Assembly: GCF_045055805.1 (NCBI RefSeq)
Contig: NZ_CP159330.1
Span: 1,551,547 to 1,615,546, forward strand
Direction: 5' to 3'
DNA: 64,000 nt
From: Christiangramia sp. LLG6405-1
Lineage (GTDB): Bacteria; Bacteroidota; Bacteroidia; Flavobacteriales; Flavobacteriaceae
Positions 10,650 through 19,803 of this stretch are shown here, in pieces (positions within the stretch are counted from its first letter, which is position 1; the number at the start of each line of letters is the position of its first letter). The notes under the pieces were generated by a model. The model saw nothing but the letters and a program-made list of their open reading frames with translations, was not told the origin of the DNA and did no database searches. The translations under genes and the position numbers were made by a program.

Positions 10650-12044
10650 CTAAATTTCTTCAGCTATTTCCAGAGCTTTGGTAAGTGCTCCCAGTTTATT
10701 ATATACTTCCTGTAATTCATTCTCAGGTTTTGATTCGGAAACGACTCCAGCACCTGCCTGGTAATGCAATTCGTGATTTTTACTTACAAAAGATCTAATG
10801 ATGATCGCATGATTGAAATTGCCTTCAAAATCCATAAAACCAATCGCGCCTCCATAAGCTGAACGATTCACATTCTCGAATTTTTCAATGAGTCGTAATG
10901 CCATAGGTTTTGGAGCACCGCTTAAAGTTCCGGCAGGAAAAGTGTCTGCAACGATTTGTGGTGTTGGCACATTGGCGGCGATCTTTCCGGTGACTTTGCT
11001 AACTAAGTGAATAACATGAGAAAAGAATTGAATTTCGCGATAATTCTCAACGACTACATCACTTCCATTTCGGCTTAGATCATTACGTGCCAGATCAACA
11101 AGCATCACATGTTCCGAATTTTCCTTGCGATCTGCGGCAAGTTCCTTGGCGAGCTCTGCATCTTTTTCGTCATTCCCGGTACGTTTAAAAGTTCCGGCAA
11201 TTGGATGAATTTCAGCTCGACCCTCATTTACTATTAACTGGGCTTCAGGTGAACTTCCGAAGATTTTAAAATTTCCATAGTCAAAATAGAAGAGATAGGG
11301 GGAAGGGTTTACATTCCTAAGCGCCCGGTAAACATTAAATTCATCTCCCTTAAATTTCTGAGAGAAACGTCTCGAAAGTACCAGCTGGAATACATCACCA
11401 CGCTGGCAGTGTTCCTTAGCAGCTTCTACAACATCACGATATTGATCATCATTCAGATTAGAGTATGGCTGCTGGGTTCTGGAAAAATTATAGGAAGCGA
11501 AATTCTTAACCTTCAGTAGTTGTTCGATCTCCGCCAGTTTGGATTCAGATTCATAACTATGGTCAAATATATAAGCTTCATTCTTGAAGTGGTTGATCGC
11601 GATAATGTTTTGATATACTGCATAGTAAACATCCGGAATTTGTAAATCCTTTTCTTTGCGGTTGATCTCAACGTTTTCGAAATACCGAACGGCATCATAT
11701 CCTATATAACCAAATATGCCGTTATTGATAAACTTAAAATCTGAAGCATCAGCTTTAAAGCGCTTTGAGAACTTCTGTATCGCAGCAGGGACTGAAGCAG
11801 TTTTATCGATCTTAGTCGTTTGAACTGTACCGTCTGGCAGACTTTCAGTAATAATATCATTTTCCACCTTAAAGGAGGCTATAGGATTACAGCAGATATA
11901 TGAAAAGCTATTATCACTTGCGTGATAATCACTACTTTCAAGTAAAAGACTGTTTGGATAACGGTCGCGAAGCTTCAAATAGATACTTACCGGAGTGATA
12001 GTATCTGCAAGGATCTTTTTTGAAGTTGTCTTTAATTCGAACAT
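10650..12044 (-). CDS. trpE: Anthranilate synthase component I
   Basis: 464 aa with a chorismate-binding C-terminal domain (LSGAPKPMA, GGAIGF). First gene of the trpEGDCFBA cluster. Confidence 0.9.
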   Translation of the reverse strand: MFELKTTSKKILADTITPVSIYLKLRDRYPNSLLLESSDYHASDNSFSYICCNPIASFKVENDIITESLPDGTVQTTKIDKTASVPAAIQKFSKRFKADASDFKFINNGIFGYIGYDAVRYFENVEINRKEKDLQIPDVYYAVYQNIIAINHFKNEAYIFDHSYESESKLAEIEQLLKVKNFASYNFSRTQQPYSNLNDDQYRDVVEAAKEHCQRGDVFQLVLSRRFSQKFKGDEFNVYRALRNVNPSPYLFYFDYGNFKIFGSSPEAQLIVNEGRAEIHPIAGTFKRTGNDEKDAELAKELAADRKENSEHVMLVDLARNDLSRNGSDVVVENYREIQFFSHVIHLVSKVTGKIAANVPTPQIVADTFPAGTLSGAPKPMALRLIEKFENVNRSAYGGAIGFMDFEGNFNHAIIIRSFVSKNHELHYQAGAGVVSESKPENELQEVYNKLGALTKALEIAEEI

Positions 12045-12061
12045 TGAATCTTAATTTTTTT

Positions 12062-12095
12062 GAATAAAAAAAAGGCTTGTCGTGAGACAAGCCTT
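12062..12095 (-). terminator. Intrinsic terminator / trp attenuator hairpin (10-bp perfect stem AAGGCTTGTC-TCAC-GACAAGCCTT followed by U8 on the minus strand)
   Basis: Perfect inverted repeat with an 8-nt T-tract, about 18 nt upstream of the trpE start codon. It also sits downstream of the yceI gene. Confidence 0.65.
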
Positions 12096-12125
12096 ATATA
12101 TCTATATATGAAATGGCGTATCAGC

Positions 12126-12182
12126 TCACGATTTATTGCGTAAGTTGCTCCACCACCAGTTATGTGTATTCGTTATAAACAT
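12126..12182 (-). CDS. trpL: Putative trp operon leader peptide MFITNTHNWWWSNLRNKS (3 consecutive Trp codons)
   Basis: 18-codon ATG-initiated ORF with TGG-TGG-TGG. It ends about 30 nt before the terminator hairpin that immediately precedes trpE. Confidence 0.6.
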   Translation of the reverse strand: MFITNTHNWWWSNLRNKS

Positions 12183-12262
12183 AGCTTCAAAGATAGAAAT
12201 CAATTATTTCTTATCAAACTAAATTTTAAAAAGAATCCCAAAGAATTACTTTGAGACTCAAT

Positions 12263-12832
12263 TTAGAATTTCAATTTGATGTCAAGGTCAAAATTGTCGT
12301 AGATCGTTTTGTCTCCAAGATTCTCAAAGAAACTACCTGACCCATAACGAACGTCATATTTGGTTCTATCAATAGTTACCTGTGTAGTAGCCGTGTCACC
12401 GTTCATGATAAGATCAAACGTTAATGGATGAGTTTGTTCCTTGATAGTAAGGTCTCCAACGATTCCGTATTTCCCATTACCTTTAGAAGCTGCACTGGTA
12501 ATTACAAGCTTTGCTTTAGGGTGATCACTCGTTCCAAAGAAGTCATCAGACTTTAAATGACCTTCAAGTTTTTCTTTACTGTCACCAGAAAGGTCGGTCA
12601 CTTTAATAGTACTCATATCCATTACAAACTCTCCGCCAGTGATCTTATCATCTTCCATCAATAGGTATCCGCTTTCCAGCTGGATAGTTCCTTCATGAGA
12701 TCCGGTCACTTTTTCTCCGGTCCATTTAATAGTACTTTCAGAAGTATTTACTTCTTTTTTCGAATTGGTAAATGCTACGGTAGTCAAAACTACCAGCATA
12801 ATTACTGCTGAATTAATTAATTTACTTTTCAT
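12263..12832 (-). CDS. YceI-family periplasmic polyisoprenoid-binding protein
   Basis: Signal peptide, then the YceI-like motifs TIKWTGEKVTGSHEGT... and DFFGTSDHPKAKLV. Confidence 0.8.
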   Translation of the reverse strand: MKSKLINSAVIMLVVLTTVAFTNSKKEVNTSESTIKWTGEKVTGSHEGTIQLESGYLLMEDDKITGGEFVMDMSTIKVTDLSGDSKEKLEGHLKSDDFFGTSDHPKAKLVITSAASKGNGKYGIVGDLTIKEQTHPLTFDLIMNGDTATTQVTIDRTKYDVRYGSGSFFENLGDKTIYDNFDLDIKLKF

Positions 12833-12848
12833 GATGTGTGTTATTAAA

Positions 12849-13502
12849 TTATATGAAATGAATTAGATCTGAAGTTGATTTTCTAACCTTTGCAAGGTGC
12901 TGATACTGATCTTCAGCGCTACGATATCCAATAGGAGCGATTACTGCGGTTGTTAGATCTTTATTTTCAAGCTGAAGAATTTCATCAAACTTGTCAGCGT
13001 TAAAACCTTCCATTGGACAGGCGTCTATCTTCATATGAGCAGCTGCGGCCAGTAAGTTACCTAAAGCTATGTAGGCTTGTTTCGCAGCCCATAAGTTCTG
13101 CTTTTCCTGAGGCAATTGTAGTGTTGTGTTCTTGATCATATCTTCCATTCCTTTCAGATCTTCCCGGGACATGTCGCGCGTTGCTGCAATATTATCTAAA
13201 TAAGTGTCAACATACTTTTCAGTCACTTTAGTCAGATTTGCGAAAATTACGAGATGAGATGCTTCAGTGATCTGGGTTTGATTCCAGGCTTCAGCTTTAA
13301 GTTTTTCTCTCACCTCAGGATTTTCAACTACGATGATCTCATAAGGCTGTAAACCATAAGAGGAAGCGGTAAGCTGAACGCTTTCCAGTAATTGATCAAG
13401 GTCTTCGCGATTGATCTTTTTCTCGCTATCAAATTTCTTTGTAGCATATCTCCAGTTCAGGTCTTCGTTGAATCTAGTTTTAGTTTGTGTTTCTAAGCTC
13501 AT
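12849..13502 (-). CDS. Nitroreductase-family NAD(P)H oxidoreductase
   Basis: RYATKKF (nitroreductase RxSxRxF-like motif). 217 aa. Overlaps the upstream marR. Confidence 0.8.
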   Translation of the reverse strand: MSLETQTKTRFNEDLNWRYATKKFDSEKKINREDLDQLLESVQLTASSYGLQPYEIIVVENPEVREKLKAEAWNQTQITEASHLVIFANLTKVTEKYVDTYLDNIAATRDMSREDLKGMEDMIKNTTLQLPQEKQNLWAAKQAYIALGNLLAAAAHMKIDACPMEGFNADKFDEILQLENKDLTTAVIAPIGYRSAEDQYQHLAKVRKSTSDLIHFI

Positions 13503-13938
13503 TTAATTTGTTATTTAAATCTATTAATTCTTTTGTTGTCAATTTTTCTGAAAATCTATTCTCCATTGTTTCTACCAATGGATCAATCTCTTTTAGAAGT
13601 TCCTGTCCAGCTTTGGTAATAGTAATCTCAACTTTCCTTCTATTAGACGGACAGGTGATTCTCTGGCACAATTCTTTTTCGATCAGTTTGTCAACCAGTC
13701 TTGTCGTGTTGCTCATCTTGCTCACCATTCTTTCCTGAATTGTTCCTAAGTTGGCAGGCTTGCCTTTTTGACCTCTCAATATCCTTAGCACGTTGAATTG
13801 CTGGGAACTGATGCCGTATGGTTTTAAAACTTCCTGCATTTCTTCGCTTAAAAAGTTAGCAGTTACAATAAGATTAAGAACCAATTTCTTGGTTTCTGAA
13901 ATTTGACCGGAAGTTTTTAAAAGATCTTCAATTTTCAT
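13480..13938 (-). CDS. MarR-family transcriptional regulator
   Basis: 152 aa with a winged-HTH core (SSQQFNVLRILRGQ...TIQERMVSKMSNTTRLVDKLIEKELCQR). Confidence 0.8.
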   Translation of the reverse strand: MKIEDLLKTSGQISETKKLVLNLIVTANFLSEEMQEVLKPYGISSQQFNVLRILRGQKGKPANLGTIQERMVSKMSNTTRLVDKLIEKELCQRITCPSNRRKVEITITKAGQELLKEIDPLVETMENRFSEKLTTKELIDLNNKLNELRNTN

Positions 13939-13952
13939 TTGTTACTACAACA

Positions 13953-13966
13953 TTTGTATGTACAAA
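13953..13966. promoter_or_regulatory. Inverted repeat TTTGTA-TG-TACAAA, candidate MarR operator
   Basis: Lies in the divergent marR / rhodanese promoter region, 15 nt upstream of the marR start. Confidence 0.3.
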
Positions 13967-14075
13967 TATAAATAGTTTAGTTGTACTGGATAATAAAAAA
14001 TTGTTAAAAGTAGAATTGAAGACTTTACGGTTTTTAAGCAATCCTATCTTTACAGTAACCAAAAACTTGAGTAGT

Positions 14076-14390
14076 ATGAAAGAATTATCACAGGATGAGT
14101 GGCAAAAGAAGGCCAAAAACGACGATAAGGCAGTTCTCCTGGATGTGAGAACAGAGGAAGAAGTTGATGAGGGATTTATTCCAAATTCTAAGAATATAGA
14201 TATATATAAAGGTCAGGAATTTGTTGATGAAGTGGATAAACTTGATCGTGACAAACATTACTATATATATTGTCGTTCCGGAAAAAGAAGTTCCCAGGCC
14301 TGTACCTTACTAGATCAAATGGGCTTTGCAGAGACTTATAATCTTGCTGGCGGTTTCTCTGAATGGGAAGGCGAGAAGGAGACAAATTAA
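14076..14390 (+). CDS. Rhodanese-like domain protein
   Basis: Active-site loop CRSGKRS. About 105 aa. The internal ATG at 14076 is preferred over the track start at 14001. Confidence 0.75.
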   Translation: MKELSQDEWQKKAKNDDKAVLLDVRTEEEVDEGFIPNSKNIDIYKGQEFVDEVDKLDRDKHYYIYCRSGKRSSQACTLLDQMGFAETYNLAGGFSEWEGEKETN

Positions 14391-14547
14391 CATATTTAAT
14401 ACCAGATTAAAAGCACCACTTGTTGGTGCTTTTTAATTTTCAGTAATACTGAAACACCTGTTTATGCGTTAAAAACTTAAAGCGGATTATTTGATTAGTC
14501 TATTTAATTGATATATTTAACCCCGATTGACCTCGAATTAAAGCATC

Positions 14548-15231
14548 ATGAATAAATCTTTATCTTTTTTAATTACAGCGCTATTGTTCGCTACGAGTCT
14601 AACTGCCCAGGATTTTAGCTTCGGAATAAAGGGAGGACCTAGTTACTCCTCAGGTGGTACTATTACCGGTATAAGTTCGAATGGATTATATTTTGATGGT
14701 GTAGTTGAAGCTGAATCTGAGATAACTTTTCACGCCGGAGCCTTTTTCGAAGTAAGATTCGGAAAATTCCTACTTAGACCAGAATTTATTTACAGCACTA
14801 TGGAAACGGAATTTCCTTTTCCAACAGCACCTTCAATTTATGCAGTTGACAAAGTCAGTGTACCTTTACTGGTTGGTTATAACGTTTGGGGGCCAATTGA
14901 TATATACGCTGGACCAGCTTATCAGAACATTTTAGACTCATCTTTAGAAGGGACTGAACCACCAGATCAGGAAATAGTAGCCCAGAACTCTCCTCTAAGT
15001 GGACAGGTAGGAATCAAGGCCTCGTTCGGAAGATTTGAACTGGATCTACGCTACGATCGTTCTTTATCTTCAGAAGAAAACCAGGGAATTGATATAGTAA
15101 ATGCTGACTACGGAATTAATCTTGCAACATTCAATGATACGAGGTTGAACCAGATCATGTTGAGTATAGGCTTTAAGATCTTCGATAGCTCTGCGAATCC
15201 TGGAAGAAGAAAAGGCGGATGCTATTTCTAA
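14548..15231 (+). CDS. Outer-membrane beta-barrel (porin/OmpA-like barrel family) protein
   Basis: Signal peptide, alternating amphipathic strands, and a C-terminal aromatic residue (…GFKIF region). Confidence 0.45.
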   Translation: MNKSLSFLITALLFATSLTAQDFSFGIKGGPSYSSGGTITGISSNGLYFDGVVEAESEITFHAGAFFEVRFGKFLLRPEFIYSTMETEFPFPTAPSIYAVDKVSVPLLVGYNVWGPIDIYAGPAYQNILDSSLEGTEPPDQEIVAQNSPLSGQVGIKASFGRFELDLRYDRSLSSEENQGIDIVNADYGINLATFNDTRLNQIMLSIGFKIFDSSANPGRRKGGCYF

Positions 15232-15257
15232 TTCGGAAAAACATAACACTAAAATGA

Positions 15258-15281
15258 AAGGCTCCAATGGAGCCTTTTTTT
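15258..15281 (+). terminator. Intrinsic terminator (AAGGCTCC-AAT-GGAGCCTT + T7)
   Basis: Perfect 8-bp stem plus a T-tract, between convergent genes. Confidence 0.6.
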
Positions 15282-17103
15282 ATAGTACCTGAGTTCGGAT
15301 CTTGAACCAAAGTCTTCTTAAAACAAATGCTAAAATTAGAACAATCCCAGTAGTAATGCTTGCCTTGAAATATTCACCGTAAATCCAGTACCCGGTACTG
15401 AATAGTGCGCTGTATACTGCAAAGCAACCAAGTATGGTAGCTAATATTCCGGATGGAACATTCCAGGAATTATTATTTCTATCTGCAATTCCCTCCATAC
15501 CGATCGCTTTCCATCCCGGTCCGCCGGGCTGAGTACGTTTATAAAAGTTGATGAGTATTTCTCTTTTTTCAGGTTTAGTAAGAAAGGTGACCAATAACCA
15601 TGATAAGGTGGTGATGCCAACCACAATCGGATATGTTGCCCAACCAGGGAGTAAACCTGCGATTTTAGTATTTGTGGCATTATCTACACCTCCAAACATA
15701 TAAATACCTATACCTGTAAAATTAAAAACTACCGAAATAATTCCTGAAACCAACATGGCTGTAATTTCACTCCAGGCATTAATTCGCCACCAGAACCATC
15801 GGAGTAAGAAGATAAGACCGGTTCCTGCACCAAACATCAGTATGATATTGAATAGTTGAAGTGCATTCTGTAATACCAGAGCCAGGACTGCACTAATGAG
15901 CATGAGTACTACGGTACTTATTCTTCCAACGTTTACAAGTTCTTTTTCAGAAGCAGTTTTTTTGATATATCGGGAGTAAAAGTCATTCACAATATAGGAG
16001 GATCCCCAATTTAAATGTGTGGAGATAGTAGACATGTAAGCAGCTACCAAAGATGCAATAACCAATCCCAATAACCCCGCTGGCAATTTGGTTAGCATTG
16101 CAGAATATGCCAGATCCTGTCCAAGCTTATCTTCGCTTACATTAGGGAAGGCTATCTGAATACTGTCCAGATCTGGATAAACGATCAGTGAAGCGAGAGC
16201 GACCAGAATCCACGGCCATGGTCTTAATGCGTAATGAAGCACATTAAAAAAGAAAGTGGCTCCAATTGCATGATTCTCGTTCTTTGCCGCCAGCATTCTT
16301 TGCGCTACATAACCACCACCTCCTGGCTCTGCACCAGGATACCAGGCGCTCCACCATTGAACTGCCAGTGGGATAATTAATAGAGTAATGAGTGCCTCGG
16401 TGTTAGAGAAATCTGGAAGCATACTCAGTTTACCTGATACATTTTCGTGAGTCAGTAGACTTTCGAGTCCGCCAACCTCAGGTAAATTCACACAATAATA
16501 GGCTGCTCCAACACCACCAATAATTGCCGTGAAAAATAGTATGAAATCTGTGTAAACTACTCCTTTAAATCCTCCGAGAGTACTAAATATCACTGTTACG
16601 ATTCCAGCTAGTGCCAAAGTTTCGATGGCAGAAAGACCAAGCATCACCTGTCCAATCTTAATAGCGGCAAGGCTTACTGCCGCCATGGCCATCACATTGA
16701 AAACGACCCCTAAATACAATGCACGAAATCCTCTTAAAAACTTCGCAGGTTTTCCTCCATATCTCAATTCGTAGAACTCAATATCTGTATCAACATTGGA
16801 TTTACGCCATAACCTGGCATATACGAATACTGTAAGTAGGCCGGTTAGTAAAAATGCCCACCAGACCCAGTTACCAGAAACTCCGTTATTACGAACGATA
16901 TCAGTTACCAGGTTTGGGGTATCAGTGGAAAAGGTGGTAGCCACCATAGAAACACCAAGGAGCCACCAGGGCATAGTCTTGCCAGATAGAAAATACTCTT
17001 TGGAATTTTTACCAGAGGTTTTGGAAACGTAAAAACCAATTCCAAGGGTAAGCGCGAAAAAAGAGAAAATAAGGATATGATCTATTGTAGCTAATTCTAT
17101 CAT
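15280..17103 (-). CDS. Sodium:solute symporter (SSF) family transporter
   Basis: 607 aa with about 13-14 TM helices and SSF-like N-terminal helices. Confidence 0.7.
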   Translation of the reverse strand: MIELATIDHILIFSFFALTLGIGFYVSKTSGKNSKEYFLSGKTMPWWLLGVSMVATTFSTDTPNLVTDIVRNNGVSGNWVWWAFLLTGLLTVFVYARLWRKSNVDTDIEFYELRYGGKPAKFLRGFRALYLGVVFNVMAMAAVSLAAIKIGQVMLGLSAIETLALAGIVTVIFSTLGGFKGVVYTDFILFFTAIIGGVGAAYYCVNLPEVGGLESLLTHENVSGKLSMLPDFSNTEALITLLIIPLAVQWWSAWYPGAEPGGGGYVAQRMLAAKNENHAIGATFFFNVLHYALRPWPWILVALASLIVYPDLDSIQIAFPNVSEDKLGQDLAYSAMLTKLPAGLLGLVIASLVAAYMSTISTHLNWGSSYIVNDFYSRYIKKTASEKELVNVGRISTVVLMLISAVLALVLQNALQLFNIILMFGAGTGLIFLLRWFWWRINAWSEITAMLVSGIISVVFNFTGIGIYMFGGVDNATNTKIAGLLPGWATYPIVVGITTLSWLLVTFLTKPEKREILINFYKRTQPGGPGWKAIGMEGIADRNNNSWNVPSGILATILGCFAVYSALFSTGYWIYGEYFKASITTGIVLILAFVLRRLWFKIRTQVL

Positions 17104-17174
17104 TCTAAGAGCATCGTATTTGCTACAATAACGAAAATTAATTCGATATATGTAAGACCTATATTAGCATACAA

Positions 17175-17206
17175 TAAAAAAGGGATAACTGTGTTATCCC
17201 TTTTTC
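17175..17206 (-). terminator. Intrinsic terminator (GGGATAAC-TGT-GTTATCCC flanked by A/T tracts; bidirectional)
   Basis: Perfect 8-bp stem downstream of rlmF, with T5-6 on both strands. Confidence 0.55.
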
Positions 17207-17373
17207 GGTTGGTTAGTTAAAGAATAAGGTAATTATACACCTATGCTATACTTACTCGATAACCAAAACTTCAAGCTTTAAATGTAGACATTTTAATGGA
17301 AATACCTAATACTGGTTTCCACTTAAAATTCAATGGTTTAGGAACAGATTGAGTTTTAAAAATTCTAGTAATT

Positions 17374-18222
17374 TTAGAACTTCCAGGCTACAAATCTTGT
17401 CTTTTTGTTTCCTAATTCCATGTGAATTATTTCAAAATCTGCATTGAGTTTGTTTAACTGTTTTTCTATGGCCGGTAAGTTTTCCTGTTTTGAAACCAGA
17501 GAAGTGAACCACTGAACTTTTTTGTTCACGCTTACACTATCTCTTATCATTCTCTTTAGAAATAAAGCTTCGCCGCCACGGCACCATAGTTCATTGGAAC
17601 GTCCCCCAAAATTTAATCTTCTGGTCTCGATTCCAAGATTAGTATTTTTCCTGAAATTAGCTTTGTTAGCTTCTTCTGCGGAATCATGAAAGGGTGGATT
17701 ACACATACTGAAATCAAAAGACTCGTTTTCTTTTATCACATTTTTCAAGATGGATCCACGGTCTTCCTGTAATCGAATTTCTATTTGGGATTGAAGCTTG
17801 TTGTTGACGACGTTTTGCTGCGCTGCTTCAATAGATTTGATTTCGATATCACTACCAAGCATTTTCCAGTCCAGATGCTTTGCAGCCAGTATTGGGTAAA
17901 TACTGCTGGCTCCGACACCAATATCGAGTCCGGAATAGTGATCTTTTCCAATCTTCTTATCCAGAAAATCTTTAAGATGTAACAAATAATCCATTCTCCC
18001 GGGAATGGGAGGGCAAAGATATCCTTGCGGAATATCCCAATTCTTAACCTGGTAATGGTAGTTTAAGAGCGCTTTATTTAAATTGAGTACAGCTTCAGGA
18101 ATACTAAAATCTATAGTAAGATTATCATATTTGTTTCTGAAGACATAAGGTTTAAGATCGCTATTGACCTTAACTAATTCAGTAAAATCGTATTGTTCCT
18201 TGTGAGGGTTATCTGGATGCAT
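17374..18222 (-). CDS. rlmF: 23S rRNA (adenine1618-N6)-methyltransferase
   Basis: Collinear with E. coli RlmF (...YDF..L...DIPQGYLCPPIPGRMDYLLHL...NPPFH). Confidence 0.85.
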   Translation of the reverse strand: MHPDNPHKEQYDFTELVKVNSDLKPYVFRNKYDNLTIDFSIPEAVLNLNKALLNYHYQVKNWDIPQGYLCPPIPGRMDYLLHLKDFLDKKIGKDHYSGLDIGVGASSIYPILAAKHLDWKMLGSDIEIKSIEAAQQNVVNNKLQSQIEIRLQEDRGSILKNVIKENESFDFSMCNPPFHDSAEEANKANFRKNTNLGIETRRLNFGGRSNELWCRGGEALFLKRMIRDSVSVNKKVQWFTSLVSKQENLPAIEKQLNKLNADFEIIHMELGNKKTRFVAWKF

Positions 18223-18282
18223 AAATTCTTTTCAGAAGGTAAAAATAGGCGAAATATAAATGTCTCAACGGTGATCAGGCAT

Positions 18283-19704
18283 CTATCCAAACCAAATATC
18301 ATTTTCCACCAATTCTTCGGAAGAATTTAATTTTACGGGAGAGAGATTTTCCTTCGTGTTCAAATACCGACTTACAATACGATCTGCGTAGCTGGAAGTT
18401 TTCGCCTGCACCAAAAAATTCCGGAATTCATCGGGATGGTTAAAGTCATCTGAGGGTCCAATGTACCCGTAGCCGGCATACTTTCCTTTATTTAAATAAA
18501 TAAAACTTTTTTCACCTTTAGTTCGACCCTTTTCCATCAATAGGCATGACTCATCATAAGTACCAATAAAATCTACTGCTCTGGCCACGCGTGAATTATA
18601 TTCCGTAACGGAAATTTCTTCTTTACAAACCCCGCTGCAGGCTTCTAGTTTGTAATGATTACAAGCGGAAGTAGCGCTTTGCAATCCAGTATATTTTGGG
18701 CAGAGATCAAAATCCTTACACAAATTCTCTAAAAAGCTTACCGCTTCTTCACGGGTATAGAATTTCATCCAGCTTACTGGTGCAATTTTGTTTTTATGCA
18801 AGGCAAATACTTCAATGCCTTTTTGATTATGATAAGAGGTGAGCGTATAAGGTCTCGAAACTTTCTTCTGCGCCTTATTATATTTCGGATAAAACTTCAG
18901 AATCAATTCGGCTTCACGAAGGAGCGCAAGAAATTCAGAACCAGTCAGCTCATAATCGATGCTATAGGTTTCCTGCATCAATTGGTACTTGCGATTACTA
19001 CGTTCCTGGAAGTGCGATTTTATTCGGGTTTTGATGTTTTTCGCCTTTCCAATATATAATGGAATACCATCTTTATCCCTGAAAAAGTAAACGCCGGTAG
19101 ATTTTGGAAGCTTTTCAAAATCGGCATTTTTAAAGTGTGGTGGTAAATATTCTGCACCACTTTTTCTATTCAGAAATTCGGTGACAACTTCGAGTTCAGG
19201 ATCCAGCGAAAGACAGCGTTTTAACAAAATCACAGTTGCTTCACAATCGCCCTGTGCACGATGTCTATCGTAAATTGGAATGTTGATGGAAGTGCAAATA
19301 TTTCCCAGACTGTAAGAAAACAAACCTGGAATTAATTTCTTCGTAAGTCTTACTGTGCAAAGACGCTTTCTCTTAAAATCCATGTCAAGCATCGCAAACT
19401 CAGCTCTCAATATATTGTAATCAAAGTTCACATTATGAGCGACGAAAATACAGTCTTTTGTGATTTCCATGATCTGTTCTGCGACTTCGGAAAACTGAGG
19501 GGCGCTGCTTACCATTTCATCATTGATTCCGGTAAGACTTTCAATATACAATGGAATGGACTGGCTGGGATTCACAAGCGATGTAAAGGTCTTTGTGATT
19601 TCACCATTCTCAAGAATGATCACGCAAACCTCTGTGATCCTGTTTCCTTTGATACCGTTCCCGGTAGTCTCAATATCAACAACCGCGTATTTCAACTCCT
19701 CCAT
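18283..19704 (-). CDS. DEDDh 3'-5' exonuclease (DnaQ-like) fused to a GIY-YIG nuclease domain
   Basis: N-terminal VVDIETTGN, then H..DA. The central GVYFFRDKDGIPLYIGKAKNIKTRIKSH is a GIY-YIG motif. Confidence 0.7.
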   Translation of the reverse strand: MEELKYAVVDIETTGNGIKGNRITEVCVIILENGEITKTFTSLVNPSQSIPLYIESLTGINDEMVSSAPQFSEVAEQIMEITKDCIFVAHNVNFDYNILRAEFAMLDMDFKRKRLCTVRLTKKLIPGLFSYSLGNICTSINIPIYDRHRAQGDCEATVILLKRCLSLDPELEVVTEFLNRKSGAEYLPPHFKNADFEKLPKSTGVYFFRDKDGIPLYIGKAKNIKTRIKSHFQERSNRKYQLMQETYSIDYELTGSEFLALLREAELILKFYPKYNKAQKKVSRPYTLTSYHNQKGIEVFALHKNKIAPVSWMKFYTREEAVSFLENLCKDFDLCPKYTGLQSATSACNHYKLEACSGVCKEEISVTEYNSRVARAVDFIGTYDESCLLMEKGRTKGEKSFIYLNKGKYAGYGYIGPSDDFNHPDEFRNFLVQAKTSSYADRIVSRYLNTKENLSPVKLNSSEELVENDIWFG

Positions 19705-19803
19705 GGCTGCAAATTACTACAATCTGCAGAAAAAATAAAGGAAAAAATCCAAACTAATGGAATTAATCCAAAAACGTTAATAATTCGAGCATTTGAGTTC
19801 AGC

